Assembly: GCA_022797295.1 (NCBI GenBank) | Contig: JAAWKH010000008.1 | Span: 1,380-65,379 of the forward strand | Length of the DNA stretch: 64,000 nt | Reading direction: 5' to 3' | Source of the DNA: Peptococcaceae bacterium | GTDB taxonomy: Bacteria > Bacillota > Dehalobacteriia > UBA4068 > UBA4997 | Shown: piece after piece, positions 38,001 through 46,558 of the stretch | How positions within the stretch are numbered: the stretch's first letter is position 1 | Layout: every line of letters begins with the position of its first letter | The notes under the pieces: model-generated | What the model was told of the DNA's origin: nothing | The model's input: the letters and a program-made list of their open reading frames with translations, nothing else | Database searches by the model: none | Translations under genes and position numbers: made by a program

Positions 38001-39118
38001 CGGGCATTGAATCTAATTTTGTGGAGAAAATCCACGAGGGCGAGGACAATGCCGTGAAGCTGATGGAGGAGGGCAAGCTGAATTATCTCATCTCCACTTC
38101 AGCCAAGGGGCGCAACCCCCAAAAGGATAGTGTGATTACCCGGCGCAAGGCGGTGGAGCGGGGAATTCCCTGTCTGACATCTATCGACACGGCTAACGTG
38201 CTGGCAGACAGCTTGTGCAGTCTTTATACGCAGGATAGCATTGAGCTGGTGGATATTAACAATCTGCGGCGAGAGCTGCAAACCTTGCCGTTTACTAAAA
38301 TGCAGAGCTGCGGCAACGATTATATTTACTTCAACTGCCTGGAGCAGCAGCTGGATAACCCTGCCGGTTTGGCAGTGCGCCTGTGCCGGCGAAACCGGGG
38401 CGTTGGCGGCGACGGCGTGGTGATGATTTGCCCTTCTGATAAGGCTGATGTTTACGTTAAGGTTTACAATGTGGACGGTAGCAACGGCGGCATTGGCGGC
38501 AACGCCATCCGTTGCGTGGGCAAGTATCTTTACGATAATCAGATTGTTCACAAGGATGAAATGAGTATTGAAACCGATTACGGCATTAAGCAGCTGAAGC
38601 TGATTAAACGCAACGGTAAGGTTTGGGGCGCTTCGGTTCTGATGGGCAAGCCGCAACTGGTGCCGTCGGCTTTGCCAATGCTGGCGGAGGGTCAGGATTT
38701 CATCAACCGGCCGATTGAGGTGTTGGGCCAGACCTACAACGCTACTTGCCTTTCGGTGGGTAATCCGCATATGGTTATTTTCACAGACGATTTGGCGGGC
38801 GTGCAGCTGGACAAAATCGGCTCCGCCTTTGAGCATCACGAATGGTTCCCGGAGCGGGTGAATGTGGAGTTTGTGAAGGTGTTCAGCGAGGATATTTTGT
38901 ATATGCAGGTTTGGGAGCGCGGCAACGGCTACACCAACGCCTGCGGCACCGGCTCATGCGCGGCGGTGGTGGCGGCGGTGTTAAACGGCCTGTGCGCTAA
39001 GGGCCGCGACATCACAGTGAAGCAGCCTGGCGGTGATTTAATCATCAGCTTTGACGGCGAAAATATTCGTATGACCGGCAGCGCGGAGAAGCTTTTTGAC
39101 GGCGTGGTTGAAATCTAA
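35081..39118 (+). CDS. carB: Carbamoyl-phosphate synthase large subunit with C-terminal DapF-like domain
   Basis: GSGPIVIGQAAEFDY, two ATP-grasp halves, MGS domain; from ~38285 FTKMQSCGNDY, GDG, GNPH, NVEF, WERG..ACGTG. Confidence 0.96.
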   Translation: MPLNPGIKKVLVIGSGPIVIGQAAEFDYAGTQACRALKEDGLEVVLVNSNPATIMTDSAMADKIYIEPLTLPVLRRIIKKEKPDSILSTLGGQTGLTLSMQLAKEGFLAANNVRLLGARPETIERAEDRQLFKETMLKIGQPCIPSDIVTTVEDAVVLAEKLQYPVIVRPAFTLGGSGGGIVNNEAELREIADNGLRLSPINQILLEKSVAGWKEIEFEVMRDSKGNNITICSMENFDPVGVHTGDSIVIAPAVTLSDKEYQMLRTAALDIINELQVEGGCNCQFALNPNSFEYAVIEVNPRVSRSSALASKATGYPIAKVATKIAIGYTLDEIKNAVTGKTAAAFEPAIDYVVVKFPKWPFDKFVYAKRDLGTQMKATGEVMAIGLNFEQALMKAVRGAEIGLSDLNAHRQLEMSDEEIRQALHQCTDERLFVIYQAIKRGVDLKEIYDITKIDLWFLHKLAKIAAMEASLRGGYDQEKYLAAKRMGFPDKVIAQLSGQPVTEPARAVYKMVDTCAAEFAAETPYFYSTYDEENEAAEFLAERANPKPTIMVLGSGPIRIGQGIEFDYASVHCVWALQQKGFEVAIVNNNPETVSTDFDTADRLYFEPLTEEDVSNIIATEKPYGVVVAFGGQTAIKLTNFLDKQGVRILGTSADSIDRAEDRGRFDELLTKLNIMRPQGETVKTTEEALAAAEHIGYPVLMRPSYVLGGQNMIIAFNEADIKEYMAIILEQNVDNLVLIDKYLQGVELEIDAICDGDDILIPGIMEHVERTGVHSGDSIAVYPSFNINDDMVEVIIETTRKLAVELETHGLVNIQYLIKDDQLYVIEVNPRSSRTIPYLSKVTGVPMVDLATRALLGEKLADMGYGTGLYPTPVYCAVKVPIFSFEKLLNVDNQLGPEMKSTGEVLGIGSNFEEAIYKGLVAAGYNLNQKGGLFVTVNDRDKAEIVHVVKKFADMGFEIYATAGTQKVLKQAGIESNFVEKIHEGEDNAVKLMEEGKLNYLISTSAKGRNPQKDSVITRRKAVERGIPCLTSIDTANVLADSLCSLYTQDSIELVDINNLRRELQTLPFTKMQSCGNDYIYFNCLEQQLDNPAGLAVRLCRRNRGVGGDGVVMICPSDKADVYVKVYNVDGSNGGIGGNAIRCVGKYLYDNQIVHKDEMSIETDYGIKQLKLIKRNGKVWGASVLMGKPQLVPSALPMLAEGQDFINRPIEVLGQTYNATCLSVGNPHMVIFTDDLAGVQLDKIGSAFEHHEWFPERVNVEFVKVFSEDILYMQVWERGNGYTNACGTGSCAAVVAAVLNGLCAKGRDITVKQPGGDLIISFDGENIRMTGSAEKLFDGVVEI

Positions 39119-39225
39119 CTTGAAATATGAAGCGACATTTTGCCAGAATTTTGTTAGCAGAACCTTAACAGAAAAAACAGGCTTAATGTGTAATATTATA
39201 TAGATGAAAATTTTTATAAGGGGAA

Positions 39226-39720
39226 ATGAATATTATGGGCAAGGCAGCGGAAATTGATTTGCAGCCTTTGGAACCGGTGCTGGCGGAATATGCGGCCAAA
39301 CCGGGTTCATTGATTACGATTTTGCAGCACACACAAGATATTTACGGTTATCTGCCCCAGCCGGCGCTGGCTAAAATCAGCGAGGCTGTGGGCGTGGCCC
39401 CGGCCAAGGTGTTGGGGGTGGCCTCCTTTTACACCCAATTCCGGTTGCAGCCGGTGGGGCGTTATCTGATTATGCTGTGCCAGGGCACGGCCTGCCACGT
39501 GAACGGGGCGGAGAGTATTTCCGCTATTATCAGTGAGGAGCTGGGCATTGCCGACGGCCAAACCACGGCGGACGGTTTGTTTACATTGAAGCACGTGGCT
39601 TGTTTGGGTTGCTGTTCATTGGCGCCGGCGATGATGATTAACGGCGAGGTTTACGGCAATTTGACGGCTGATTCAGTGCGCGGTGTGCTGAAAGAGCTGC
39701 GGGCAAAGGAGGCGGAATAA
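39226..39720 (+). CDS. NuoE/HydC-like [2Fe-2S] subunit (StnA-like)
   Basis: YGYLP, VASFYTQF, CQGTAC, CLGCC..AP. Confidence 0.93.
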   Translation: MNIMGKAAEIDLQPLEPVLAEYAAKPGSLITILQHTQDIYGYLPQPALAKISEAVGVAPAKVLGVASFYTQFRLQPVGRYLIMLCQGTACHVNGAESISAIISEELGIADGQTTADGLFTLKHVACLGCCSLAPAMMINGEVYGNLTADSVRGVLKELRAKEAE

Positions 39721-41480
39721 TGGCAATCAGAGTGAAAATTGGCTTGGGCAGCTGTGGTATGGCCGCCGGAGCCAGGCAGACGCAGCAAGCTTTGGATGAG
39801 GCTTTGGCGGCGGGCGGCTCAAAAATTCGCAGCGAGCGCACCGGTTGTATTGGTTTGTGCTTTGCGGAACCGCTGGTGGAGGTTTGCGATGAAGCGGCCG
39901 GCCAAAGCTGGCTTTATGGCCGGGTGGACGCGGCGGCCGCAGCCCGGATTGCCGAGGGGCATATTTTGGGCGGCCAGGTGCAGGAAGATTTGTTGCTTTC
40001 TGGGGATGAGCTGCATTTTCTGCACAGCCAAACCCGCATTGCCCTGCGCAACTGCGGTGTAATCGACCCGGAAAATATCGAGGACTACATAGAGCGCGGC
40101 GGCTATCAAGCGTTGCGCCAGGCGGTTTGCGAGATGACCCCGGAGAGCGTTATCGATACGGTGAAAATCTCCGGCCTGCGCGGCCGGGGCGGCGCGGGCT
40201 TTCCCACCTGGTTTAAGTGGGATGCCTGCCGTAAGGCTGAGGGTGAACTGAAATATGTGATTTGCAACGCGGACGAGGGCGACCCCGGCGCGTTTATGGA
40301 CCGCAGCGTGCTGGAGAGCGACCCGCACAGCGTGTTGGAGGGTATGGCCATCGCCGCCCGCGCCATCGGCAGCAGCCAGGGCGTGATTTACGTGCGTGCG
40401 GAATATCCCCTGAGTATTCACCGGTTGGAGTTGGCTATGCAGGCGGCGCGAGAAAAAGGTTTTTTGGGTAAAAATATCTTTGGCAGCGGTTGGGATTTTG
40501 ATATTTACATCAAGGCCGGCGCGGGGGCGTTCGTTTGCGGCGAGGAAACGGCTTTGCTGGCCTCTTTGGAGGGCGAGCGGGGTATGCCGCGTTTGAAGCC
40601 GCCTTTCCCGGCCCAAAAGGGCTTTTGGCAGCGGCCTAGCAATATTAACAATGTGGAAACTTTCGCCAACGTGGCCTGGATTATTCGCAATGGCGGCGAG
40701 GCCTATGCCGCTATGGGCACGGAAACCAGCAAGGGCACCAAGGTGTTTGCTTTGGCTGGCAAAATTAAGCGTGGCGGCCTGGTTGAGGTGCCGATGGGCA
40801 TTACCCTGCGCGAGGTTATTTTTGACATCGGCGGCGGTATCAAGGACGGTGGCAATTTTAAGGCGGTGCAGATGGGCGGCCCCTCCGGCGGCTGTATTCC
40901 GGCCTCTCTGCTGGATACGCCGGTGGATTACGAGAGCATTAGCCAGACCGGTGCGATTATGGGCAGCGGCGGCATGATTATTATGGACGAAGCCACTTGT
41001 ATGGTGGATATGGCTCGCTTTTTTCTGGATTTTACGCAAAAGGAAAGCTGCGGCAAATGTGTGCATTGTCGTATTGGCACCAAACGTATGTTGGAGATTT
41101 TGGAGCGGATCTGCCGCGGCGAGGGCCAGCCCGGCGATGTGGAGCTTTTGCAGGATTTGGGCAAGCAAATTCAGGCCGGTTCTCTTTGCGGCCTGGGCGC
41201 TTCTGCGCCAAACCCGGCGCTGAGCACCATCCGCTACTTTGCGGAGGAATATCGGGCCCATATTGAGGAACACAAATGCCCCAGCCACAGCTGCCGGCCC
41301 CTGCTGGAATATCACATCAAGCCGGAAAAATGCAAGGGTTGTTCGCTTTGCGCGCGCAAATGCCCGGCTGGCGCGATCAGCGGCGAGCTGCGGGAAGTTT
41401 TTGTAATTGATATGACCAAGTGTATTAAATGTGGCAACTGTGCCGCCGTCTGCCGCTTTGGGGCGGTTGAGGCGCTGTGA
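39720..41480 (+). CDS. NuoF/HydB-like FMN/NADH-binding Fe-S subunit (StnB-like)
   Basis: GRGGAGFP, NADEGDPGAFMD, CGEETAL, GGPSGG, SCGKCVHC, C-terminal 2x[4Fe-4S]. Confidence 0.95.
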   Translation: MAIRVKIGLGSCGMAAGARQTQQALDEALAAGGSKIRSERTGCIGLCFAEPLVEVCDEAAGQSWLYGRVDAAAAARIAEGHILGGQVQEDLLLSGDELHFLHSQTRIALRNCGVIDPENIEDYIERGGYQALRQAVCEMTPESVIDTVKISGLRGRGGAGFPTWFKWDACRKAEGELKYVICNADEGDPGAFMDRSVLESDPHSVLEGMAIAARAIGSSQGVIYVRAEYPLSIHRLELAMQAAREKGFLGKNIFGSGWDFDIYIKAGAGAFVCGEETALLASLEGERGMPRLKPPFPAQKGFWQRPSNINNVETFANVAWIIRNGGEAYAAMGTETSKGTKVFALAGKIKRGGLVEVPMGITLREVIFDIGGGIKDGGNFKAVQMGGPSGGCIPASLLDTPVDYESISQTGAIMGSGGMIIMDEATCMVDMARFFLDFTQKESCGKCVHCRIGTKRMLEILERICRGEGQPGDVELLQDLGKQIQAGSLCGLGASAPNPALSTIRYFAEEYRAHIEEHKCPSHSCRPLLEYHIKPEKCKGCSLCARKCPAGAISGELREVFVIDMTKCIKCGNCAAVCRFGAVEAL

Positions 41481-41498
41481 TTAAGGAGGCTTTAAATA

Positions 41499-44400
41499 AT
41501 GTCCGAAATTAAATTGACTATTGACGGCAGAGAACTAACGGCCTCTGCTGGCGAAACGATTTTGGCTGTGGCCCGTCGGGCCGGGATTGAAATTCCTACC
41601 CTTTGCCATGACGACAGCCTGAAGCCTTACGGCGCTTGCGGCATGTGCGTGGTGGCGATGGAGGGCAGCCCGCGGCTGTTCCGCGCCTGCGCCACGGAGG
41701 CGGCCGAGGGACAGGTGATTTACACCAACACGGAGGCGGTGCGCTCTGCCCGCAAAACGGCTTTGGAGCTGTTGCTTTCCAACCACAAGGGCGATTGCAA
41801 GGCTCCTTGTCAGCTGGCTTGCCCGGCGGGCAGTGATTGCCAGGGCTACGTTGGGTTGATTGCCAACAATCGCTTTGCCGAGGCCTTGCAGTTGATTAAG
41901 GAGAGTTATCCGATTCCGGCTTCTCTGGGGCGGGTTTGTCCGCACCCTTGCGAAGAGGCTTGCCGTCGGGCTAAGGTGGAGCAGCCTATCAATTTGGCGC
42001 GCTTAAAGCAGTTTGCCGCCGATGTGGATTTGAATGCGGCGGAGCCTTATCTGCCGCAAAAGGAGGCGGCCACCGGCAAACGGGTGGCTGTGGTGGGCGG
42101 CGGCCCGGCTGGTTTGACGTTGGCTTATTTTATGGCTCTCAAGGGTCATCAGCCCGTAATTTTTGAAATGATGCCGCAGGCTGGCGGTATGCTGCGCTAT
42201 GGCATACCGGAATATCGCCTGCCGAAAAATATTTTGGATCTGGAAATTGCCCTGATTGAAAAGCTTGGTGTGGAAATTCGCACTAAATGTATGCTGGGGC
42301 GCGATGTGCAGTTTGCCGATTTGCAGCGGGATTTTGACGCGGTTTATCTGGCTAACGGTGCGTGGCGCAGCGCCGGTTTGCGTTGCGAGGGCGAGGACCT
42401 GCCCGGCGTGGTTGGCGGCATTGACTTTTTGGGCAATGTGGCTATGGGCAATTTGACTAAGCTGGGCGGCCGGGTGGCCGTTGTTGGCGGCGGCAACACT
42501 GCAATGGACGCTTGCCGCACGGCGGTGCGCTTGGGCGCCAGCAAGGTTTATATTTTGTACCGCCGGACGGAGGCGGAAATGCCGGCTGAGGATGTGGAAA
42601 TCCGCGAGGCTATGGAGGAGGGCGTGCAGTTTAAGTTTTTGGTGGCCCCCACCAGAGTTATTGGCGAGAACGGCCGGGCGGCGGCCATTGAGCTGCAACA
42701 GATGGAGCTGGGCGAGCCGGACGAGAGCGGCCGGCGTAAGCCGGTGCCGGTGGAGGGTGGCATTGAAACTCTGCCGGTTGATTTGGTGATTGCGGCCATT
42801 GGCCAAAAGGTGGTGCCGCTGGCTTTGGGCGAGGGAAATGAAAACGCCCTGCAATACACGCCTTGGCAGACGATTGCCGCTGATGAGCACACTTTTGCCA
42901 CTTCCATTCCCGGCGTGTTTGCCGGCGGCGACGCGATTAACGACGGCCCCGGCATTGCGGTGGAGGCGGTGGCCCACGCCAAACAGGCGGCTAAGGTTAT
43001 CGACCATTATCTGCGGACTGGTGAAGTTTCTGCCGCTATTAATGAAGCGAAATATCTGCACAAAAACGGCGAGCCGGAGGCGGAATTTTTTGCCCAGAAG
43101 CAGCGCGTGCAGCGTGTTTCCATTAGTTATTTACACCCCGATTATCGCCGGAGCAATTTTGCCGAGGTGGCCAAGGGATACGACCAGATGGAAGCGATGT
43201 ACGAGGCCAGCCGTTGCCTGGAGTGTGGCTGCGGCGATGTGTTCGAGTGCCGTTTGCTGCATTATGCGCAGGAATATCAGGCAGAGCCGCAAAAATATGC
43301 GGGCGAGATTAATCTGACTCCTAAGGACGCCAGCCATCCCTTTATTGTGCGGGATATGAGCAAGTGTATTTTGTGCGGTAACTGCGTGCGGGCTTGCGAG
43401 GAAGTGGCCGGTGTTGGCGCGCTGGGCCTGGACGGCCGCGGTTTTCCCACTGTGGTGGTGGCGGATTTTGGTCTGCCGCTGGGCGATAGCAGCTGCAAGG
43501 GCTGCGGCCAGTGCGTGGCGGTTTGCCCAACCGGCGCGTTGCAGGAGCGGCAGCCTTGGGAAAAACCGGTGCCGCTGGAGTGCGAGGCTCAGCCAAGCGT
43601 TTGCAATTTCTGTGGCAACGGCTGCAATTTGCAAATTCAGCATAAGGGGGATTATGTGGCTAAAGTGGAGCCGGCCGAGGGCGGCCGTTTGTGCCAGACG
43701 GGGCGGTTTGGCTATCCGCATGCTATGACTTCCACCGGGCGGCCCACGCCGGGCATTGATTTTGGCGAGGGTATGACGGAGAGCACCCACGCGCACGCTT
43801 TGAAAGCGGCGGCAGCGGCTATTAATTCCCTGCGGGAAACCGACGGCACCGATACCATCGGCGTTGTGGTTGGCGACCAGCTGACCAGCGAGGAGTTGTT
43901 CCTGTTAAAATTTATGGCGGATGAGATTATTGGCACGCCCTATCTTTACGCGCCCAATGCGCAGTCTGGCGGTTTGGGCAATATCTGGGGTTTTGACGCT
44001 TCCACGGCCACGGTGGCTGATGTGGAGGCGGCGGATTTGCTGTTGGCTGTTGGTGATGAGCTGGCGGAAAGCTATCCTATTTTAGGCTCCAAACTGCAAA
44101 AGGGCGCCAAGGCAGGGCAAAAGCTGCTGCTGGTGGCGGATAACCCCGGCGTTTTGGGCCAGGCTGCGGCTCGGGTTTTTGCGCCGGAGGGCAAGGCTGC
44201 CCTGCTGGCGGCGGCTTCGGTGCTGATGGCTGGCAAAAAGGCTGACGGGCTGGATGGCGTTGATAAAATTGCTTATGAAAAAATAAACTATAATAATAAT
44301 GCTGATAAGGAGCTGGTGGAACAGCTTTTGGCGGCCAAAAAACCGGTGATTTTGCTGGATAGGAGCCGCCTGACCAGCGAGGCTGCGCAGTGTGTGGCGG

Positions 44401-45014
44401 CGTTGGCTCAAAATGGCGGTCTGCCGGTGTTGCAGCTGGTGGCCCGCGCTAACAGCCAGACGGTGCGGGCGCTGGGCATTGAACGTGATATGAAGCAGCT
44501 TTACGCGGATATTGCCGCGGGCAAGCTGAAAGGTCTGCTGCTGTTTGGGGTGGATATTCCGGCGGAGCAGGCGGAGAATATGGAATTTGTGCTGGAGGCG
44601 GATTCCACCTATGGCCGGGCTTATCCCTATGCCTCGGTGTTGGTGCCGCTGGCTGGTTTTGGCGCGGTTACCGGCAGCTATGTCAACTTTGAGGGCAGGC
44701 TGCAAAAGGTTGAGGCCGCAGTGCAGCCTGCCTGGAAGCAGGAAAACTGGCAGCTTTTGGCAGAGTTGATTAACAACTTGAACTCTCGCTATAAGTTTAC
44801 TGATTTGCAGCAAATTCGCGACGGTTTGGCGGCGGTTGTGCCAGAATTTGCCGCGGCTTTGCAGCAGAACGCTGTTTTTGTGAGCGCAGACGGCCAGCTA
44901 CCCCAAACCCCAGACGGCGTGGTTTTGCTGCACGGACGGGAAACTGCGGCCTTTGCCAAGGAATATGAGCAGGCCAGCACTTCAATGAAAAATTGGTCTA
45001 AAATGAAGCATTAG
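41499..45014 (+). CDS. Multidomain [2Fe-2S]/GltD-like FAD-NADPH/[4Fe-4S]/NuoG-like subunit (StnC-like)
   Basis: IPTLC..CGMC, GRVCPHPCE, GGGPAG, GGGNTAMD, YRR, CILCGNC, CKGCGQC, CNFCGNGC; no H-cluster motifs. Confidence 0.88.
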   Translation: MSEIKLTIDGRELTASAGETILAVARRAGIEIPTLCHDDSLKPYGACGMCVVAMEGSPRLFRACATEAAEGQVIYTNTEAVRSARKTALELLLSNHKGDCKAPCQLACPAGSDCQGYVGLIANNRFAEALQLIKESYPIPASLGRVCPHPCEEACRRAKVEQPINLARLKQFAADVDLNAAEPYLPQKEAATGKRVAVVGGGPAGLTLAYFMALKGHQPVIFEMMPQAGGMLRYGIPEYRLPKNILDLEIALIEKLGVEIRTKCMLGRDVQFADLQRDFDAVYLANGAWRSAGLRCEGEDLPGVVGGIDFLGNVAMGNLTKLGGRVAVVGGGNTAMDACRTAVRLGASKVYILYRRTEAEMPAEDVEIREAMEEGVQFKFLVAPTRVIGENGRAAAIELQQMELGEPDESGRRKPVPVEGGIETLPVDLVIAAIGQKVVPLALGEGNENALQYTPWQTIAADEHTFATSIPGVFAGGDAINDGPGIAVEAVAHAKQAAKVIDHYLRTGEVSAAINEAKYLHKNGEPEAEFFAQKQRVQRVSISYLHPDYRRSNFAEVAKGYDQMEAMYEASRCLECGCGDVFECRLLHYAQEYQAEPQKYAGEINLTPKDASHPFIVRDMSKCILCGNCVRACEEVAGVGALGLDGRGFPTVVVADFGLPLGDSSCKGCGQCVAVCPTGALQERQPWEKPVPLECEAQPSVCNFCGNGCNLQIQHKGDYVAKVEPAEGGRLCQTGRFGYPHAMTSTGRPTPGIDFGEGMTESTHAHALKAAAAAINSLRETDGTDTIGVVVGDQLTSEELFLLKFMADEIIGTPYLYAPNAQSGGLGNIWGFDASTATVADVEAADLLLAVGDELAESYPILGSKLQKGAKAGQKLLLVADNPGVLGQAAARVFAPEGKAALLAAASVLMAGKKADGLDGVDKIAYEKINYNNNADKELVEQLLAAKKPVILLDRSRLTSEAAQCVAALAQNGGLPVLQLVARANSQTVRALGIERDMKQLYADIAAGKLKGLLLFGVDIPAEQAENMEFVLEADSTYGRAYPYASVLVPLAGFGAVTGSYVNFEGRLQKVEAAVQPAWKQENWQLLAELINNLNSRYKFTDLQQIRDGLAAVVPEFAAALQQNAVFVSADGQLPQTPDGVVLLHGRETAAFAKEYEQASTSMKNWSKMKH

Positions 45015-45028
45015 GCCGGAGATATAAT

Positions 45029-45952
45029 ATGAAAGATAATTTTGACGTTGCCGCCTATGTTGCAGCGCGGCAGCAGATGATTAACGAGGCTTTGGCGGCG
45101 GAGCTGGACAAAGCGGCGCAAGCCGCGCCGCCCGGCGAGGGCACGGAGCGACTGTTGGCGGCTATGCGTTATAGCTTGCTGGCCGGCGGTAAAAGACTGC
45201 GTCCGCTGCTGCTTTTAGCGACGGTGGAGAGCATTGGCGAAAAGCGGGAGGATGAGTTGGCGGGCTATCTGCCTTTTGCTTGCGGCCTGGAAATGCTGCA
45301 TACCTATTCTCTAATTCACGACGACCTGCCGGCAATGGACGACGACGATTTGCGCCGGGGGCGGCCCAGCTGCCACAAGGCTTTTGACGAGGCCACGGCC
45401 ATTTTGGCCGGGGACGCATTGCTGACGCATTGTTTCTTCTGCCTGCTGAGTACGCCTGGCTCCTCTGCGGTGCAGGTTTTGCAGGCGGCGCAGTATTTTG
45501 CCTGGAAAGCCGGCTTGGGCGGTATGGTGAGCGGCCAGGCTTTGGATTTGGCGGCGGAGGGGCAGCCTTTGGAATTGCCAGAGTTGCGGAAAATCCACGC
45601 CAACAAAACCGGGGCCTTGCTTGAGGCGGCGGTGGTTTGCGGCGGGCGGCTGGTTGGCAGCAGCGGTCCGCAGCAGCTGGCCTTGCAGGGATTTGGCCGC
45701 CAGTTTGGCATTGCCTTTCAAATTGCCGATGACATTTTGGATGTGGTGGGTGATGAAAGCAAGCTGGGCAAGCCGGTTGGCAGCGATGCGGAAAACGACA
45801 AGGTCACCTACGTTTCCCTGCTGGGAATGGACGGGGCCAAGCAGGCCGCGGTCGAGGCTATGGCGGCGGCCCAAAATGCCTTGCTGCTGCTGGGCGAGCA
45901 AGGCTGGCTGCTGGCGGCCCTGGCGGATTACTTCTGCCAGCGGGATAATTAA
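45029..45952 (+). CDS. ispA: Farnesyl/geranylgeranyl diphosphate synthase
   Basis: GGKRLRP, SLIHDDLPAMDDDDLRRG, KTG, FQIADDILD. Confidence 0.95.
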   Translation: MKDNFDVAAYVAARQQMINEALAAELDKAAQAAPPGEGTERLLAAMRYSLLAGGKRLRPLLLLATVESIGEKREDELAGYLPFACGLEMLHTYSLIHDDLPAMDDDDLRRGRPSCHKAFDEATAILAGDALLTHCFFCLLSTPGSSAVQVLQAAQYFAWKAGLGGMVSGQALDLAAEGQPLELPELRKIHANKTGALLEAAVVCGGRLVGSSGPQQLALQGFGRQFGIAFQIADDILDVVGDESKLGKPVGSDAENDKVTYVSLLGMDGAKQAAVEAMAAAQNALLLLGEQGWLLAALADYFCQRDN

Positions 45953-45967
45953 AAAGGAGGCAATATA

Positions 45968-46315
45968 ATGCCGTATATTAGAATGGCTACGTCACAAACT
46001 TTGACGGCGGCCCAAAAGGATGAATTTAAGGCTGGCCTGGCGGAGATTATCGGGCTGATACCGGGCAAAACGGAGGCGGCTTTGATGCTGGAGGTTGACG
46101 ACGGGCTGACGATGTACTTCAAGGGCGAAAAGCGCGGCCTGGCCTATCTGGACGCAAAATTTTCCGGCGATACGGAATTTGAGCATAAAAAGAATTTTAC
46201 CGAAGCCGCCTGCCGGCTGGCCGGGCAGGTCTGCGGCCTGCCCCAGGACGCGGTCTATCTGACTTACAGCGTGTTCAACGAGTGGGGCACCGGCGGCACT
46301 TTGAAAGCGCGTTAA
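45968..46315 (+). CDS. Tautomerase/MIF superfamily protein
   Basis: Pro directly after Met, IPGKTE, ..EWG tail, 115 aa; AGGAGG RBS. Confidence 0.8.
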   Translation: MPYIRMATSQTLTAAQKDEFKAGLAEIIGLIPGKTEAALMLEVDDGLTMYFKGEKRGLAYLDAKFSGDTEFEHKKNFTEAACRLAGQVCGLPQDAVYLTYSVFNEWGTGGTLKAR

Positions 46316-46321
46316 TTATAT

Positions 46322-46510
46322 ATGAAGAAATACGAATATAAAAAACTGAAGGCTGGCACCCTTTTGGGGGCGGAATTGAAAGAACATCGCCAGATTATTG
46401 ACGATTATGCCGCTAAGGGCTATCGCTTTGTTGCGTGTATTCCTACCTGCATTAATAATAACGGCGTGGCTTTTGAGTTTGATTTGGTATTTGAATTGGA
46501 CTGCGATTAA
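46322..46510 (+). CDS. DUF4177-like small protein
   Basis: MKKYEY..IIDDYAAKGYRFV..LVFE pattern. Confidence 0.7.
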   Translation: MKKYEYKKLKAGTLLGAELKEHRQIIDDYAAKGYRFVACIPTCINNNGVAFEFDLVFELDCD

Positions 46511-46558
46511 TTTTATTAATTGCCCGAAAAATAATTTGCAGGGAATGGGGCGAGGCAA

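Noticed and set aside
39152-39170. TGTTA-N9-TAACA upstream of the Stn-like operon as a Rex box
   Set aside because: Spacer is 3 bp longer than the Rex consensus and does not fit GlnR/TnrA either; may be another operator but cannot be assigned.
39819-41315. 498 aa antisense ORF (likewise 35939-37216, 58608-59834, 10399-11361, 54484-55476)
   Set aside because: In-register antisense frames expected from GC-rich codon bias of the real + strand genes.
41499-45014. [FeFe]-hydrogenase, formate dehydrogenase or complex I call
   Set aside because: No H-cluster signatures, no recognisable Mo/W ligand motif or in-frame Sec codon, and no membrane Nuo subunits.
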